Shown here: positions 37,901-48,266 of the stretch, one piece after another | How positions within the stretch are numbered: position 1 is the stretch's first letter | Layout: each line of letters opens with the position of its first letter | Origin: Candidatus Woesearchaeota archaeon | GTDB lineage: Archaea; Nanobdellota; Nanobdellia; SCGC-AAA011-G17; GW2011-AR18 | DNA: 57,608 nt | Assembly: GCA_018302765.1 (NCBI GenBank) | Contig: JAGVZG010000005.1 | Coordinates: 1 to 57,608, forward strand | Direction of reading: 5' to 3' | The notes under the pieces: model-generated | Database searches by the model: none | Seen by the model: the letters and a program-made list of their open reading frames with translations, nothing else | Told to the model about the DNA's origin: nothing | Program-made: the position numbers and the translations under genes

Positions 37901-38272
37901 ATGAAAAGCAAAAGGAATGACGGATATCAATCTGCAGGATTATTTAGTAGAGAATCTCTGGGAGATGCCTTTTATAAAATTTTTAAGGGAATACTTCCAG
38001 GATTTGAAGGATTAAAAACTGATGACGTTCTTGCTTTGAAAGAAGGTAAAAAAGATACTTTTACACTTTATTTTTTTGGTCCAGATTGATATAGTACAAG
38101 AGATTTAACTTCTTTTAGATTAAGCGCTGGATCAATTGCTGCAAAGTTAGGAGATTTAGAAAATAGAATTAGTAGTACAAAAGTTTTTAATGATCTTAAA
38201 GGCATCAGAGTTGTAAAAACCACTTACAGCAAAGAAGATTTTCCAGCTTACATAATGTTTGAAAAATATTAA
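37901..38272 (+). pseudogene. 123-codon hypothetical ORF split by an in-frame TGA (38087-38089)
   Basis: The frame stays open for 60 more codons, ending at TAA 38270-38272. Confidence 0.5.
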
Positions 38273-38330
38273 TTTATGCCAGCAAGCGACTTTAAATACA
38301 ATTTACTTTTGTGTAATTCTTATTGCGATA

Positions 38331-39545
38331 TTATTCATACCTTAATGCATCTACAGGTTTTAGTTTAGAAGCTTGCATTGCCGGCAATATTCCTGCTATG
38401 CACCCAATAACAAAAGAAAATCCCAGTCCAAATAAAATCAGCCAAATATTAATATAAGCACTTAACAATGAAAGTCCATTCTGGTGAGCTATAAATTCAA
38501 CTATTTTTGCAATACTTACACCAATAGCCAAGCCAATAGATCCGCCAACCAAGCCGATAATTCCAGCTTCCATCAAGAATATTAATCCAATGTCTCTATT
38601 TCTAGCACCAATAGCCTTCATAACTCCTATCTCTTTTGTTCTTTCTAACACACCAGTATACATTGTATTCATAATTCCTATCCCCCCAACAACCAAGGCA
38701 ATTACTGCCAGTCCTAAAAGCACAACTTCTATTACTGCTATAATATTTCCAGCAATATTTCCCATTCTTTCACTTGTCAAAACTGCAAAGTCTTCTGCGT
38801 CTCTTGATCTCTTTAGATTTTTCTTAATTCTTTCGGCAACTTCGTTTGGATCTACGCCTGGAGCAGCCTTAATATCAATATTCGTAACTTCTTTTTCACT
38901 ACTTCCAATGATATCTCTTAGCTTGTCAAGACTAATATATCCTGCAAAATCATGCTCACGCTCTCCTAAAGAAGCAATTATACCTACAACAGTAAACTTC
39001 TCACCATCGATTTCAACCTTTTGATTGAGCCTTATCTCCTTGCCTTTGTCATCTTCTTTAAAACCTTCCTTAGCTAATTTAAAACCAATTACAATTTCAT
39101 TACTTTTGTCCCTAAACCATCTTCCATCAGCAAGTTCCCATCCTTGAAAATCTTTTAAGAATTTCTCAGACTCCTTTGAAGGCAAACCATGCAAGAGTGT
39201 TTGTTTATCTTTGTCTCCAAACTCAATTCTTATAGTTTTTATAAGTACAGGAAATGCTATATCAACCCCTTTTGTGTTTTTTACAACGTCAACGTCATCA
39301 TCTTCTAAGTGCAATCCTCCAAAAAAACCACTAAATAGGTTTGCTTCTTTTCCTGGAAATACTACCAATGTATCAGGACCAAATCTGCTTAATTGCTGGG
39401 ACACAGCGCCCTTCATGCCTTCACCTAAAGATATCATAGTTACAACCAATGATATACCAATAACAATGCCTAGAATCGTAAGCCAGCTTCTTAGTTGCCT
39501 GTGTCTAATACTATCAACAGCTAACCTGAAGTAATCACCTATCAT
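38331..39545 (-). CDS. ABC transporter permease (MacB/FtsX family)
   Basis: RSWLTILGIVIG, GIMNTMYTGVLERTKEIGVMKAIGA, PVDALRYE. Confidence 0.95.
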   Translation of the reverse strand: MIGDYFRLAVDSIRHRQLRSWLTILGIVIGISLVVTMISLGEGMKGAVSQQLSRFGPDTLVVFPGKEANLFSGFFGGLHLEDDDVDVVKNTKGVDIAFPVLIKTIRIEFGDKDKQTLLHGLPSKESEKFLKDFQGWELADGRWFRDKSNEIVIGFKLAKEGFKEDDKGKEIRLNQKVEIDGEKFTVVGIIASLGEREHDFAGYISLDKLRDIIGSSEKEVTNIDIKAAPGVDPNEVAERIKKNLKRSRDAEDFAVLTSERMGNIAGNIIAVIEVVLLGLAVIALVVGGIGIMNTMYTGVLERTKEIGVMKAIGARNRDIGLIFLMEAGIIGLVGGSIGLAIGVSIAKIVEFIAHQNGLSLLSAYINIWLILFGLGFSFVIGCIAGILPAMQASKLKPVDALRYE

Positions 39546-40828
39546 TTTTTGTATGAACTTCTAAAGAAATTTATTGGACTTAATAATGTTGAAGTAAAGG
39601 CATTCTTTATGTTTTTAGTCTTTTTCCAGTTTTTATAAAAAAAGTATAAAAATAATAAAACAAGTATGACTATTATTGTATTAGTAATTCCCTTTGAGCT
39701 TTTAATGCCGTATTTTAATTTTTTGAAATATGAATATGTTTGAAGACTAACTGTTGTACTATACTCTTTTTCATTATTGTAAGAATCCATGTACTTAATT
39801 AAAACATTTAACGGAACTTTTTCATCTTCTGTTTTTTTAACATAAATGTCATATTCAGCAGTATCAAAATCGTCACTCTCAAGGTTTCCTATGTAAATGC
39901 TTCTTGGAGAAATGATCTGGTAATTTTGAGATTCAAGCAGTTCCATGTTTACAAATTTAACATCAACTGGCGCAATATTAGATATGCTTATTGTTATTTT
40001 TCCTCTGTCGCCTTTACCATAAATATCAGTCTCTTCTAAATTAATCCTGAATTCAGGATTTCCATTAATAACAACACCAACGGTGTCTTCAGTTGAAACC
40101 AAATTTCCCAAGTCATCAAAATAAGTTATTTTCAATGGTATTTTGTAAACCTTTGCTTCAGCACTTGGAGATACAATTATATTGAAAGACACAGTGGACT
40201 TTTCTCCTTGAGGCAAACTCTTTATCTTTTTCTCTGCAGTAGATCCTAGCGGTGCAATTGGTATACTATCATTTTTCAAATCAAATTTTATAGCTATGTC
40301 TTTAAGCTCAGAATCTGCTGTGTTCATAAAATTAACATTGATTATTCCTTTATCCCCTGGATTTATTTCTTCTGGTTCAATAGCAACACTTACAGGGGTT
40401 AATATTTTCCCAGTATTTGCAACATTAACTTGAAATGTACTTGTGACGTAAGAATCACTATCTGCCGAATATAGATACAAAGTAAAATTATAATTGCCTT
40501 GTTTAGCATTCTTGTTTGTGCCGATATTAAATTTTATCTTAGAGCTTTGACCAGAATCTATTTCGCCTACAGTAAGCATGTTATTTTCTATAGAAAAAGG
40601 AAATGGAGCAGATAATTTAATCTGTGCATCATATAATGGCTTATCATCTAAGTTAAATACTTCAAACCATATGTCAGAACTTCCGCCAGGAGTCAATGGA
40701 GACGGATCTACTCTTAGCAAATCTACCCTGAACTGATTTCCTTGGGATATTATAACTGTTTGTCTTGCAAAAACTATATTTAAACTTATTAGAAACAATA
40801 ATACTACTACTAAACCTTTTTTTACCAT
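39542..40828 (-). CDS. COG1361 S-layer-family protein
   Basis: Signal peptide, Ig-like repeats (PSPLTPGG, PEEINPG), C-terminal TM; typical partner of this ABC type. Confidence 0.8.
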   Translation of the reverse strand: MVKKGLVVVLLFLISLNIVFARQTVIISQGNQFRVDLLRVDPSPLTPGGSSDIWFEVFNLDDKPLYDAQIKLSAPFPFSIENNMLTVGEIDSGQSSKIKFNIGTNKNAKQGNYNFTLYLYSADSDSYVTSTFQVNVANTGKILTPVSVAIEPEEINPGDKGIINVNFMNTADSELKDIAIKFDLKNDSIPIAPLGSTAEKKIKSLPQGEKSTVSFNIIVSPSAEAKVYKIPLKITYFDDLGNLVSTEDTVGVVINGNPEFRINLEETDIYGKGDRGKITISISNIAPVDVKFVNMELLESQNYQIISPRSIYIGNLESDDFDTAEYDIYVKKTEDEKVPLNVLIKYMDSYNNEKEYSTTVSLQTYSYFKKLKYGIKSSKGITNTIIVILVLLFLYFFYKNWKKTKNIKNAFTSTLLSPINFFRSSYKK

Positions 40829-41670
40829 ATAAACCTCTTCATAAACTGGTGGTCATGTGCTATTTGTCCATCAAGTATATTAACTTTTCTTTTTGCATAT
40901 TTTGCAATATAAGGATCATGAGTTACAACTATTATTGTTTTACCGAATTTTTTATTTAAGTTGACAAGAACATTCATCACGCTGTGGCCAGTACTTGAAT
41001 CAAGATTACCTGTGGGCTCATCTGCTAGTATTACATCAGGATCATTGGCCAATGCTCTTGCTATTGCCACTCTTTGCATCTGTCCGCCACTTAGTTCCTT
41101 TGGCTTGTGATACATCCTGTCTTTTAATCCAACAACATCAAGAAGCTCAACAGCTCTTTTTCTTCTTTCTTCTATAACCTTTCCCTGAAATATCATAGGC
41201 AGCATGACATTTTCAAGAGCATTTAATGTATTTATCAGATTAAACTGCTGAAAGACAAAGCCAATTTTCCTTCCTCTGATCTGTGCAAGTTCAGACTCAC
41301 TAAGCATTGAAATATCTTTTCTGTCTAGGAAAATACTTCCTTTTGTTGGCAGATCTAAGCATCCTATGAGATGCAAAAATGTAGACTTGCCAGATCCAGA
41401 AGGGCCTTGTATAGACAAAAACTCTCCTTTTGAAATCTCTAGATTTGCGCCTTTCACAGCAGTTATTCTTGCATTGCCAAGCTCATAAACCTTCCATACG
41501 TTATAAAATTCAATTACTACTTTTTCCCTTGATCTTACTGACTCTTTTTCAAACTTCAGTTTGCATTTTGTTGAACAGAAATAATAATTCCTCTTGTCAT
41601 GGGAAGAATGAAACTTTTTATTTTTTATTTCCATCCCGCATACAGAATCTATAAACATAAAGTCTGCCAC
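40822..41670 (-). CDS. ABC ATP-binding protein (LolD/MacB-like) with N-terminal YHS/TRASH domain
   Basis: DSVCGM...YYFCSTKC; GPSGSGKS; LSGGQ; ADEPTGNLD. Confidence 0.9.
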   Translation of the reverse strand: MADFMFIDSVCGMEIKNKKFHSSHDKRNYYFCSTKCKLKFEKESVRSREKVVIEFYNVWKVYELGNARITAVKGANLEISKGEFLSIQGPSGSGKSTFLHLIGCLDLPTKGSIFLDRKDISMLSESELAQIRGRKIGFVFQQFNLINTLNALENVMLPMIFQGKVIEERRKRAVELLDVVGLKDRMYHKPKELSGGQMQRVAIARALANDPDVILADEPTGNLDSSTGHSVMNVLVNLNKKFGKTIIVVTHDPYIAKYAKRKVNILDGQIAHDHQFMKRFIW

Positions 41671-41771
41671 TATTATCTTATATTTAACATTCTTTATAAA
41701 AGTTATTAAAAGAAGTTCTGTAAAAAGTAAACAATAGTTAATTTTATAAATACTTAGTATTTCTAGATTCT

Positions 41772-42152
41772 ATGGAACTAATACAAGAGTTAGAAGTATG
41801 GTACGTAATACCTGCAATAAGAAAAGAACTTGCCTTGGCTATGCATAACAGTGGCTTAAAACAGGTTGAAATAGCCAAAAGATTAGGGCTTACAAAAGCA
41901 GCTATAAACCAATACTTAAGCGAGAAAAGAGGAACAGAAATAAAATTTAATAGCAAGATTAAGGCAAGCATAACTAATTCAGCTTCTAGAATTAAAAATG
42001 GATTTGATTCTGTAAGAGAAATACAATATTTATTAAATATTTCAAGAGAAGAAAAAATTGCATGCCAATTTCATAAGAACTTAGATAACAGCTTCAAGGG
42101 ATGCAATGCTTGTTACGAACCTCCTTTAATGAATATAGGGGCAAAAGGATGA
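41772..42152 (+). CDS. Archaeal HTH transcriptional regulator with C-terminal Cys/His motif
   Basis: YVIPAIRKELA...QVEIAKRLGLTKAAINQYL...KRG; CQFH...CNAC; heads the isc operon. Confidence 0.75.
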   Translation: MELIQELEVWYVIPAIRKELALAMHNSGLKQVEIAKRLGLTKAAINQYLSEKRGTEIKFNSKIKASITNSASRIKNGFDSVREIQYLLNISREEKIACQFHKNLDNSFKGCNACYEPPLMNIGAKG

Positions 42153-43345
42153 AAGAAATATACCTTGATAATGCTGCAACAACAAAATTAAGAGAAGAAG
42201 TAAAGCAGGAAATGCTAAATTACTTTGATGTAGTTTATGGAAATCCTGGAAGTTTTCATGGCAAAGGACTAGAAGCTAAGAATGCAGTTGAGGATGCAAG
42301 AGAAAGGGTTGCCAAATTAATTAATGCTAAATCAAGAGAAATAACTTTTACAGCTGGCGGAACTGAAAGCATAAACTTAGCTTTGAAAGGCTTGGCTAAA
42401 GCTATGAAAGACAAAGGAAACCATATTATAACTTCAAGAGCAGAGCATCATGCTGTACTTAATACATGTGAATACTTAGAAAAATATGAATGCTGTGAAG
42501 TGACTTATTTAGAAGTAGATAAATATGGGATGGTAAATCCTAGTGATGTTGAGTCTGCAATAAAGCCTAACACAATTTTAATAACAATAATGTATGCAAA
42601 TAATGAAATAGGAACAATAAATCCTATGGCTGAAATAGGCACTATTGCAAGAAAACACAATATATATTTTCACACAGATGCATGCCAAGCAGCAGGCTAC
42701 TGCGACTTAGACACAGAAAAATTAAACGTTGATATGATGACATTAAACGGAAGTAAGGTTTACGGTCCTAAAGGCACTGGAATATTATATGCTAAAACAG
42801 GCATTCAGTTAGTTCCTCTGGTTCATGGTGGTGGGCAGGAAAGAAATTTAAGAAGCGGGACAGAAAATGTTCCAGGAATTATGGGATTTGCCAAAGCTTT
42901 GGAATTGGCTCAAACTGAAAGAGAATATGAATTTAATAAGCTAACAAAATTAAGAGATAAATTAGTAAATGGAATTTTGGAAAGTGTTTCTAAGACTTTC
43001 TTAAATGGCCATCCAACACAAAGGCTTCCAAATAATGCAAATGTAAGTATTTTAGACATAGAAGGAGAGGCTTTAACTTTATATCTAAATGAGTATGACA
43101 TTTATACTTCAACTGGCAGTGCTTGTACTTCACAAACATTAGATCCAAGCCATGTTGTATTAGCTACCGGGTTGCCTTACGAAGCAGCACATGGAAGCAT
43201 TAGGTTTACTTTGGGAAAAGAAACTACAGAAGACGACATAGAAAAAGTACTGGAAGTCTTACCTGGCATTGTTAAAACACTAAGGCAAATAAGTCCCGTT
43301 AATGTTGCTGTTGAACACATAGTTGAGGCAAGGAGTAAAAAATGA
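42149..43345 (+). CDS. iscS: Cysteine desulfurase
   Basis: YLDNAATT, HTDACQ, SKVYGPKG, STGSACTS; start at the ATGA overlap. Confidence 0.95.
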   Translation: MKEIYLDNAATTKLREEVKQEMLNYFDVVYGNPGSFHGKGLEAKNAVEDARERVAKLINAKSREITFTAGGTESINLALKGLAKAMKDKGNHIITSRAEHHAVLNTCEYLEKYECCEVTYLEVDKYGMVNPSDVESAIKPNTILITIMYANNEIGTINPMAEIGTIARKHNIYFHTDACQAAGYCDLDTEKLNVDMMTLNGSKVYGPKGTGILYAKTGIQLVPLVHGGGQERNLRSGTENVPGIMGFAKALELAQTEREYEFNKLTKLRDKLVNGILESVSKTFLNGHPTQRLPNNANVSILDIEGEALTLYLNEYDIYTSTGSACTSQTLDPSHVVLATGLPYEAAHGSIRFTLGKETTEDDIEKVLEVLPGIVKTLRQISPVNVAVEHIVEARSKK

Positions 43346-43620
43346 GCCAGCCTTATGATGAAATAAATTACGATGAACTTACTGTTGGTGGAATAGTAAC
43401 TAAGAGAGAAGCAAAAACTAAAATAAATTTACCTATTAAAAGTTATTTAATAATTGGATTGGGCTTGTTTGCTTTGACATTGGACGTTATAGGAGGCATT
43501 CATTATCTTCAAGGAAACAATAATTCTTATTATGAAATGGCTGGGGCAGCCGCAATAACCCTGCCTTTATATTTTAGAATGAGAAAAAATGGTCTTGAGA
43601 GAAAATTGGGAGAACTATAA
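43342..43620 (+). CDS. Small membrane protein in the isc operon
   Basis: Two hydrophobic segments; coupled to both neighbours. Confidence 0.55.
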   Translation: MSQPYDEINYDELTVGGIVTKREAKTKINLPIKSYLIIGLGLFALTLDVIGGIHYLQGNNNSYYEMAGAAAITLPLYFRMRKNGLERKLGEL

Positions 43621-44309
43621 TGGAAACAGAAATACAAACACAATCAAAGTTAAATATACATCCAGACGTAAAAGCTAAAGTAGAAAGCAAGAAATGGTTT
43701 TACACAGATACAGTTAAAGATCATTTCTTTAATCCTAGAAATTTATTGATTAATGATGAAGAAGGAGAACAGTATTCAAAAAATGCTGATGCTATTGGAA
43801 TGGTCGGAAGCCCAGCATGTGGTGACGCTTTAAAGTTATGGCTAAAAATAGATAAAAATATTGATAAAATAATGGATTGTAAATTTCAAACATTTGGCTG
43901 TGCAAGTGCAATTGCATCTACTTCCATGTTATCAGTAATGGTAACAGAAAATGATGGAATGAAAATTGATGATGCATTAAAATTAAAACCACAAGACATA
44001 ATCGCAAGATTAGGAAACTTACCTAGCAGAAAATTCCACTGTTCTGTTTTAGGAGATAAAGCCTTAAGATCTGCAATAAATGACTACTTCAGAAGGTCTA
44101 ATCAAAATAATAGGATTGTTGTTGAAGGTGCAAGAATAATTGATCCAGAAACTAAAACAACTGATAAAGATATAGAAGAAGCAGTTTTAGAAGGCGCATT
44201 AAATTTAGAAGATATACAGAAAAAATTAAAGGTCGGAATTTCAAATAAAGCAGTTATCCCTGCTGTGGAAGAGCTGATAAGATTTTACAAGGAGAAATAT
44301 TTTGGTTAA
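43620..44309 (+). CDS. iscU: IscU/NifU-like Fe-S scaffold with a C-terminal BFD-like extension lacking cysteines
   Basis: GSPACGD, FGCASA, KFHCS. Confidence 0.85.
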   Translation: METEIQTQSKLNIHPDVKAKVESKKWFYTDTVKDHFFNPRNLLINDEEGEQYSKNADAIGMVGSPACGDALKLWLKIDKNIDKIMDCKFQTFGCASAIASTSMLSVMVTENDGMKIDDALKLKPQDIIARLGNLPSRKFHCSVLGDKALRSAINDYFRRSNQNNRIVVEGARIIDPETKTTDKDIEEAVLEGALNLEDIQKKLKVGISNKAVIPAVEELIRFYKEKYFG

Positions 44310-44559
44310 AACAATGGAAGGATATAATGCTCCAAAAGATGAAGGATATTCTGTTAAATCTAGTTATGGCTCTAATAAACAAGCTCAAAGTAATTCTTAT
44401 GGTAATTCACAAACTTCGACTGTAGCTTTACCAATATATGAAGAAACACAACAGCAAGTGAAACACAGAAGGAGCAGATGCCCAAGAGGTGCATTATTAG
44501 GTCAAATAGGAAGCTGCTGTGGTGATAGATGTACTAGGGCTTGTGCTATAGAGTCTTAA
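44302..44559 (+). CDS. Small protein with Cys-rich C-terminus
   Basis: Overlaps the iscU stop; RCPRG...SCCGDRCTRAC. Confidence 0.5.
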   Translation: MVKTMEGYNAPKDEGYSVKSSYGSNKQAQSNSYGNSQTSTVALPIYEETQQQVKHRRSRCPRGALLGQIGSCCGDRCTRACAIES

Positions 44560-44835
44560 ATATAATTATAAATTTATGTTTTAAGGTTTTATTTAATGAT
44601 TTAAACTGTTTCTTTGGTGCATTTCTATTTTTGTGTTTCTGAAATCACCTTTTCTAAATCATTAGTTTATATAAGTGAAACAAACTTATATTTAAAATGT
44701 TGCCAGATTTAGTGACCTTGGTGCATTTAGTTTATAAATTGTTGTAATGATTTCGTAATTACATAAAATTGGTAGAGGATTTTGGTGCGTTTTATAAACG
44801 ATAAAGGTTAAATAGTTAAATACCCTTTTTTAATT

Positions 44836-45360
44836 ATGAAACTTGTATCTGTTAATCCAGAAGAAATCATTGGATTAAATGACTACCCTCCATTGCACAG
44901 TCCAGAATCCTTAAAGAAATATTTTAGATTTTTTATAAATAATGATGATAAACATATTTTTTCTGTCCCATTAATTACTATATCTTCTGCATTGCCTATT
45001 TTACAAGAGGATCCAAAATTCTCCCCCTATATAAAAGTTTTACAAAAATTCCTTTCAGAACATAAAGGTGTAAACTACTTTCAATCTGGCGGGAAACATA
45101 GATCCAGTGCTGCTTATTTAGCAAGGAAAAAAGTTCCTGGAATTGTAATTGAAAATGATGAAGATATAAAAAAAATTAAACCATTGTTAGGTGATGATAA
45201 GTTTTTAACAGAAGATAGTTTTGAAGGTGTTATTTTGGGTATTAAAGGTTCATTTTTAAAACACGATAGAAAATTTTGGACAGTCAAAGAAAAAACTGAG
45301 GCTATGATTGCTAATGGGAATATTCCGAAAGATATTGTGGATTACTTTAGATCAAGTTAA
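44836..45360 (+). CDS. Hypothetical protein, possibly ParB/Srx-like
   Basis: YFQSGGKHRSSAAY resembles the GxHR motif. Confidence 0.45.
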   Translation: MKLVSVNPEEIIGLNDYPPLHSPESLKKYFRFFINNDDKHIFSVPLITISSALPILQEDPKFSPYIKVLQKFLSEHKGVNYFQSGGKHRSSAAYLARKKVPGIVIENDEDIKKIKPLLGDDKFLTEDSFEGVILGIKGSFLKHDRKFWTVKEKTEAMIANGNIPKDIVDYFRSS

Positions 45361-45860
45361 TTATCTGGAATATATTCTAAGATTTTTTTAACAACCTCTT
45401 CTTCTGTTTTGCCATTAGTATCAATTTTTATTCCGTAATTAAATTTTGAAACTGCATTGTAAACTACTCTTGCTGCATCAGAACCATATGTTAATTTTCT
45501 ATTTTTATCCCTTTCAATACAAACTTTTAATGGGGCTTTTAGATCAAAAACTAAAACTTTATCTTCCCCTAGTTTATTTATTATATCTACAATTTGTTCT
45601 TTACGATAAAAACATCCATCTGTTATAGCAAATTTTCCTTTGCTTAGAAGTTCCCTTACAATTGGCAGCATAACTTCATTTGCCTTTAAGAAATTTCTAG
45701 TATCCATCATTCCGTCTTTAGCTGGTTTTTTAGTTACCCTATTCTTATCAACAATTTTATCCATTGATAGATAAGTGCCTCTTAATGCTCTAGTAAGTCT
45801 TTTCGCTATAGTTGATTTTCCTATACCTAAAGGGCCTCTAATCATTATAAAATAAGTCAT
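45357..45860 (-). CDS. P-loop small-molecule kinase (AAA_33-like)
   Basis: RGPLGIGKST; DGCFY; LKVCIERDKNR. Confidence 0.8.
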   Translation of the reverse strand: MTYFIMIRGPLGIGKSTIAKRLTRALRGTYLSMDKIVDKNRVTKKPAKDGMMDTRNFLKANEVMLPIVRELLSKGKFAITDGCFYRKEQIVDIINKLGEDKVLVFDLKAPLKVCIERDKNRKLTYGSDAARVVYNAVSKFNYGIKIDTNGKTEEEVVKKILEYIPDN

Positions 45861-45942
45861 AAAAATTTAATATTTAAAAGAATATATAAATATAATTGAT
45901 TAATATAGAATTATTTATAAACAAGCCTTATATAAAAATTTT

Positions 45943-46572
45943 ATGGTAAAATTTAAAGTAGAAAGGTATAGTGACTTTCTAAAAATTACTAATTCTAATG
46001 GATCCTTAAAAATGTCAGTATACTTAAAAAATCCAGATGATTCTACTGGAGTAATTTTTGAAACCCCATTTTGTAAATTTGTAACATGTAGAGATTTAAG
46101 AGATTATGATCGTGAAATAAAAGAACATAAAATAAATCCAAATTTCCAGTATGTTGAAATCGGTGCAGGACTTGGAGAGTTTATTCCAAATTTAATTGAC
46201 CGCTATGGCTCAAAATTAAAATATAAACCAATAGTAATAGATCCAATAAATTATTCCCTAATAAGGGATATAATTAATTTTACATTATCATTAGATTTGA
46301 CTAAAAAAGTAAGCGGACGTTTAAAAATTATATTAATGAGGTGTTTAATAATATTGGATAATAATAAAGTAATTCTAATTAATATTGACTTAGAACAAGC
46401 AGTAAAATCTAAAAAAATATTAAATATTGCTGATGTTTTAATAGACATGGCAGGAGCAGCCCATTATATGAAAAATTATAAATATGCTTGGAAGTTGGAA
46501 AGAAGAATATTGAAACCAAATGGCATCCTATTAGCTACAGTAATAAAGTCTGGTATTCATTACCCATCATAA
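45943..46572 (+). CDS. Class I SAM methyltransferase-like protein
   Basis: YVEIGAGLGE...VIDP; RILKPNG. Confidence 0.5.
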   Translation: MVKFKVERYSDFLKITNSNGSLKMSVYLKNPDDSTGVIFETPFCKFVTCRDLRDYDREIKEHKINPNFQYVEIGAGLGEFIPNLIDRYGSKLKYKPIVIDPINYSLIRDIINFTLSLDLTKKVSGRLKIILMRCLIILDNNKVILINIDLEQAVKSKKILNIADVLIDMAGAAHYMKNYKYAWKLERRILKPNGILLATVIKSGIHYPS

Positions 46573-46606
46573 AAACCATTATAAATTCTAAGAATATGAT
46601 TTTTTT

Positions 46607-47077
46607 GTGGAAATTAATAAGAATTTAATCAAATTTACAAAAGAAATGATTTTATTCTGTAAATCTCATGGCGTTACTCCAATAATCTGTGGTAGTTACT
46701 TAACTAAGTATTATACTCAAGATGAGAGAATAGTTGTCCATGATGTAGATATGTATGTACCTGATGCTTTTCTTCCTAAAGCTATTAAACTTTTAGAAAA
46801 AAAGAAAATTAAATATAAGCACTTAAAAGAATGGGGTTGTTTAAAAGTTTACAAAGGAAATGTAAATATTGATCTTGATGCTTTAAACTTTTTATACAAA
46901 GGTCCAAAAGACTTTAGAGATTTGGATTTTGAAGGAATAAAACTAAAAGCTTTAAGTCCTAAAGGCCTTTTATTTATTTACAAAGTTGGAGTAAAGGCCT
47001 GTCAAACTTCTTGGGAAAGAAGACAACATACTAGAAAGGTTAGACTGCTTGAGAAATATATCAATTCTAAAAACTAA
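46607..47077 (+). CDS. Nucleotidyltransferase-fold protein
   Basis: IICGS...HDVDMYV...IDL. Confidence 0.6.
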   Translation: MEINKNLIKFTKEMILFCKSHGVTPIICGSYLTKYYTQDERIVVHDVDMYVPDAFLPKAIKLLEKKKIKYKHLKEWGCLKVYKGNVNIDLDALNFLYKGPKDFRDLDFEGIKLKALSPKGLLFIYKVGVKACQTSWERRQHTRKVRLLEKYINSKN

Positions 47078-47084
47078 TGTAGAA

Positions 47085-47360
47085 TTATCTTAATGGTATC
47101 TTAAAATTCATTATTTTATCCCAAAAACCAATAATTAATACTATAAGTATTGCACCAACTATTCCATAAGGCGCCAAAGTAGATATAACGCTAACTTGTT
47201 CAGGTATTGTCTCTTCAACAGTTTTTGTAGCTACTTCTTCGATATTTTTAGGATTTGTAGGATCACTTACTACTTTCAACCAAAAAGGAATAAACCAAAT
47301 AAGGAAAACTATTACTCCAATTATAGCTAAAATTCCAGCAATTGTAATTGTCTTTTTCAT
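47085..47360 (-). CDS. Small two-TM membrane protein
   Basis: Two hydrophobic helices. Confidence 0.55.
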   Translation of the reverse strand: MKKTITIAGILAIIGVIVFLIWFIPFWLKVVSDPTNPKNIEEVATKTVEETIPEQVSVISTLAPYGIVGAILIVLIIGFWDKIMNFKIPLR

Positions 47361-47399
47361 ATTTTAGTTTAAAAATAAATCCTAACTTTAAAATATATT

Positions 47400-48266
47400 T
47401 TACAATTTGCTTATTAGAAATTTAGGCTTGACAAACTCGCTGCCACAGGTAGCTTGTATATTTATCTTGTCCAAAGTCATATTTAAAAAAGGATTTTCTA
47501 CAGAAACCTGTTGATTTAGTCTTTTGGCTATTTTTAATATAAATTCATTTAACTCATCTTCTGTACTGAACTGAATATTTGTAGGAATGTCTTGCTTGTC
47601 TTTGTAAGTTACAGTTATTGGCTTGTTAAAACCACTGCAGATTACTTCTTTTATATCCTTATCTTCTACTAAAGCAGAAATCTTCCCATATTTTTTTAAA
47701 TCTCTGATAATGTAATACCTTATTTTATCAAAATATTCATCTGTATAAACAATTTTATATTTATCACATAAAATTTTAATAGTTTCTAATAATTTTTGCT
47801 TGTCATCAATATTAATTGCTTTTGACATTCTCTCAAATTCATTTAATAAATAATGATCTTGTAGATTAAGTTCTGGTTCTTTAACAAGGTATAATGTTCC
47901 ATTGAATTGTGTATTGACTAAAGCCTTGCCTGTTTCTTTTGATAATATTACATTCTTCTTTTCAGTTTTTGTTTCTACATTTAATTCTGGCTTTTTATTT
48001 TCTATATCTTTTAGTTTTTTCATTAATTCGGATTTCTTCTTTAGCAATAATTCTTTTTTTCTTATTTTATCTAATTCCTGTTCTTTTACTCTTATTTTTT
48101 TAGTCTTTCTGTAAGATTTGAATAATTCATTTGTAATATTCCTCAAGAAGACAGCTCTTTCATTTCTTCTGAAATTTTTAACATTAATAATATCTAAGAC
48201 TTGCTCAATTTCCTTTTTTTCTTTTTCAAGAAATTCATTTACAAGAAAAAATGGTTCCTCTTTCAT
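47400..48266 (-). CDS. Type II/IV secretion ATPase N-terminal-domain-like protein lacking the ATPase domain
   Basis: YLVKEPEL...YYIIRDL..YGKI..LVED.DIKEVICSG..KPI; ends before any Walker A. Confidence 0.6.
   Translation of the reverse strand: MKEEPFFLVNEFLEKEKKEIEQVLDIINVKNFRRNERAVFLRNITNELFKSYRKTKKIRVKEQELDKIRKKELLLKKKSELMKKLKDIENKKPELNVETKTEKKNVILSKETGKALVNTQFNGTLYLVKEPELNLQDHYLLNEFERMSKAINIDDKQKLLETIKILCDKYKIVYTDEYFDKIRYYIIRDLKKYGKISALVEDKDIKEVICSGFNKPITVTYKDKQDIPTNIQFSTEDELNEFILKIAKRLNQQVSVENPFLNMTLDKINIQATCGSEFVKPKFLISKL

Noticed and set aside
38087-38089. Selenocysteine or TGA recoding (alternative genetic code)
   Set aside because: TGA terminates coupled genes at ATGA overlaps (e.g. 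2426, 36164, 42152); no redox motif or obvious SECIS
44302-44559. Second RiPP precursor
   Set aside because: No maturase nearby; it is coupled to the Fe-S operon instead
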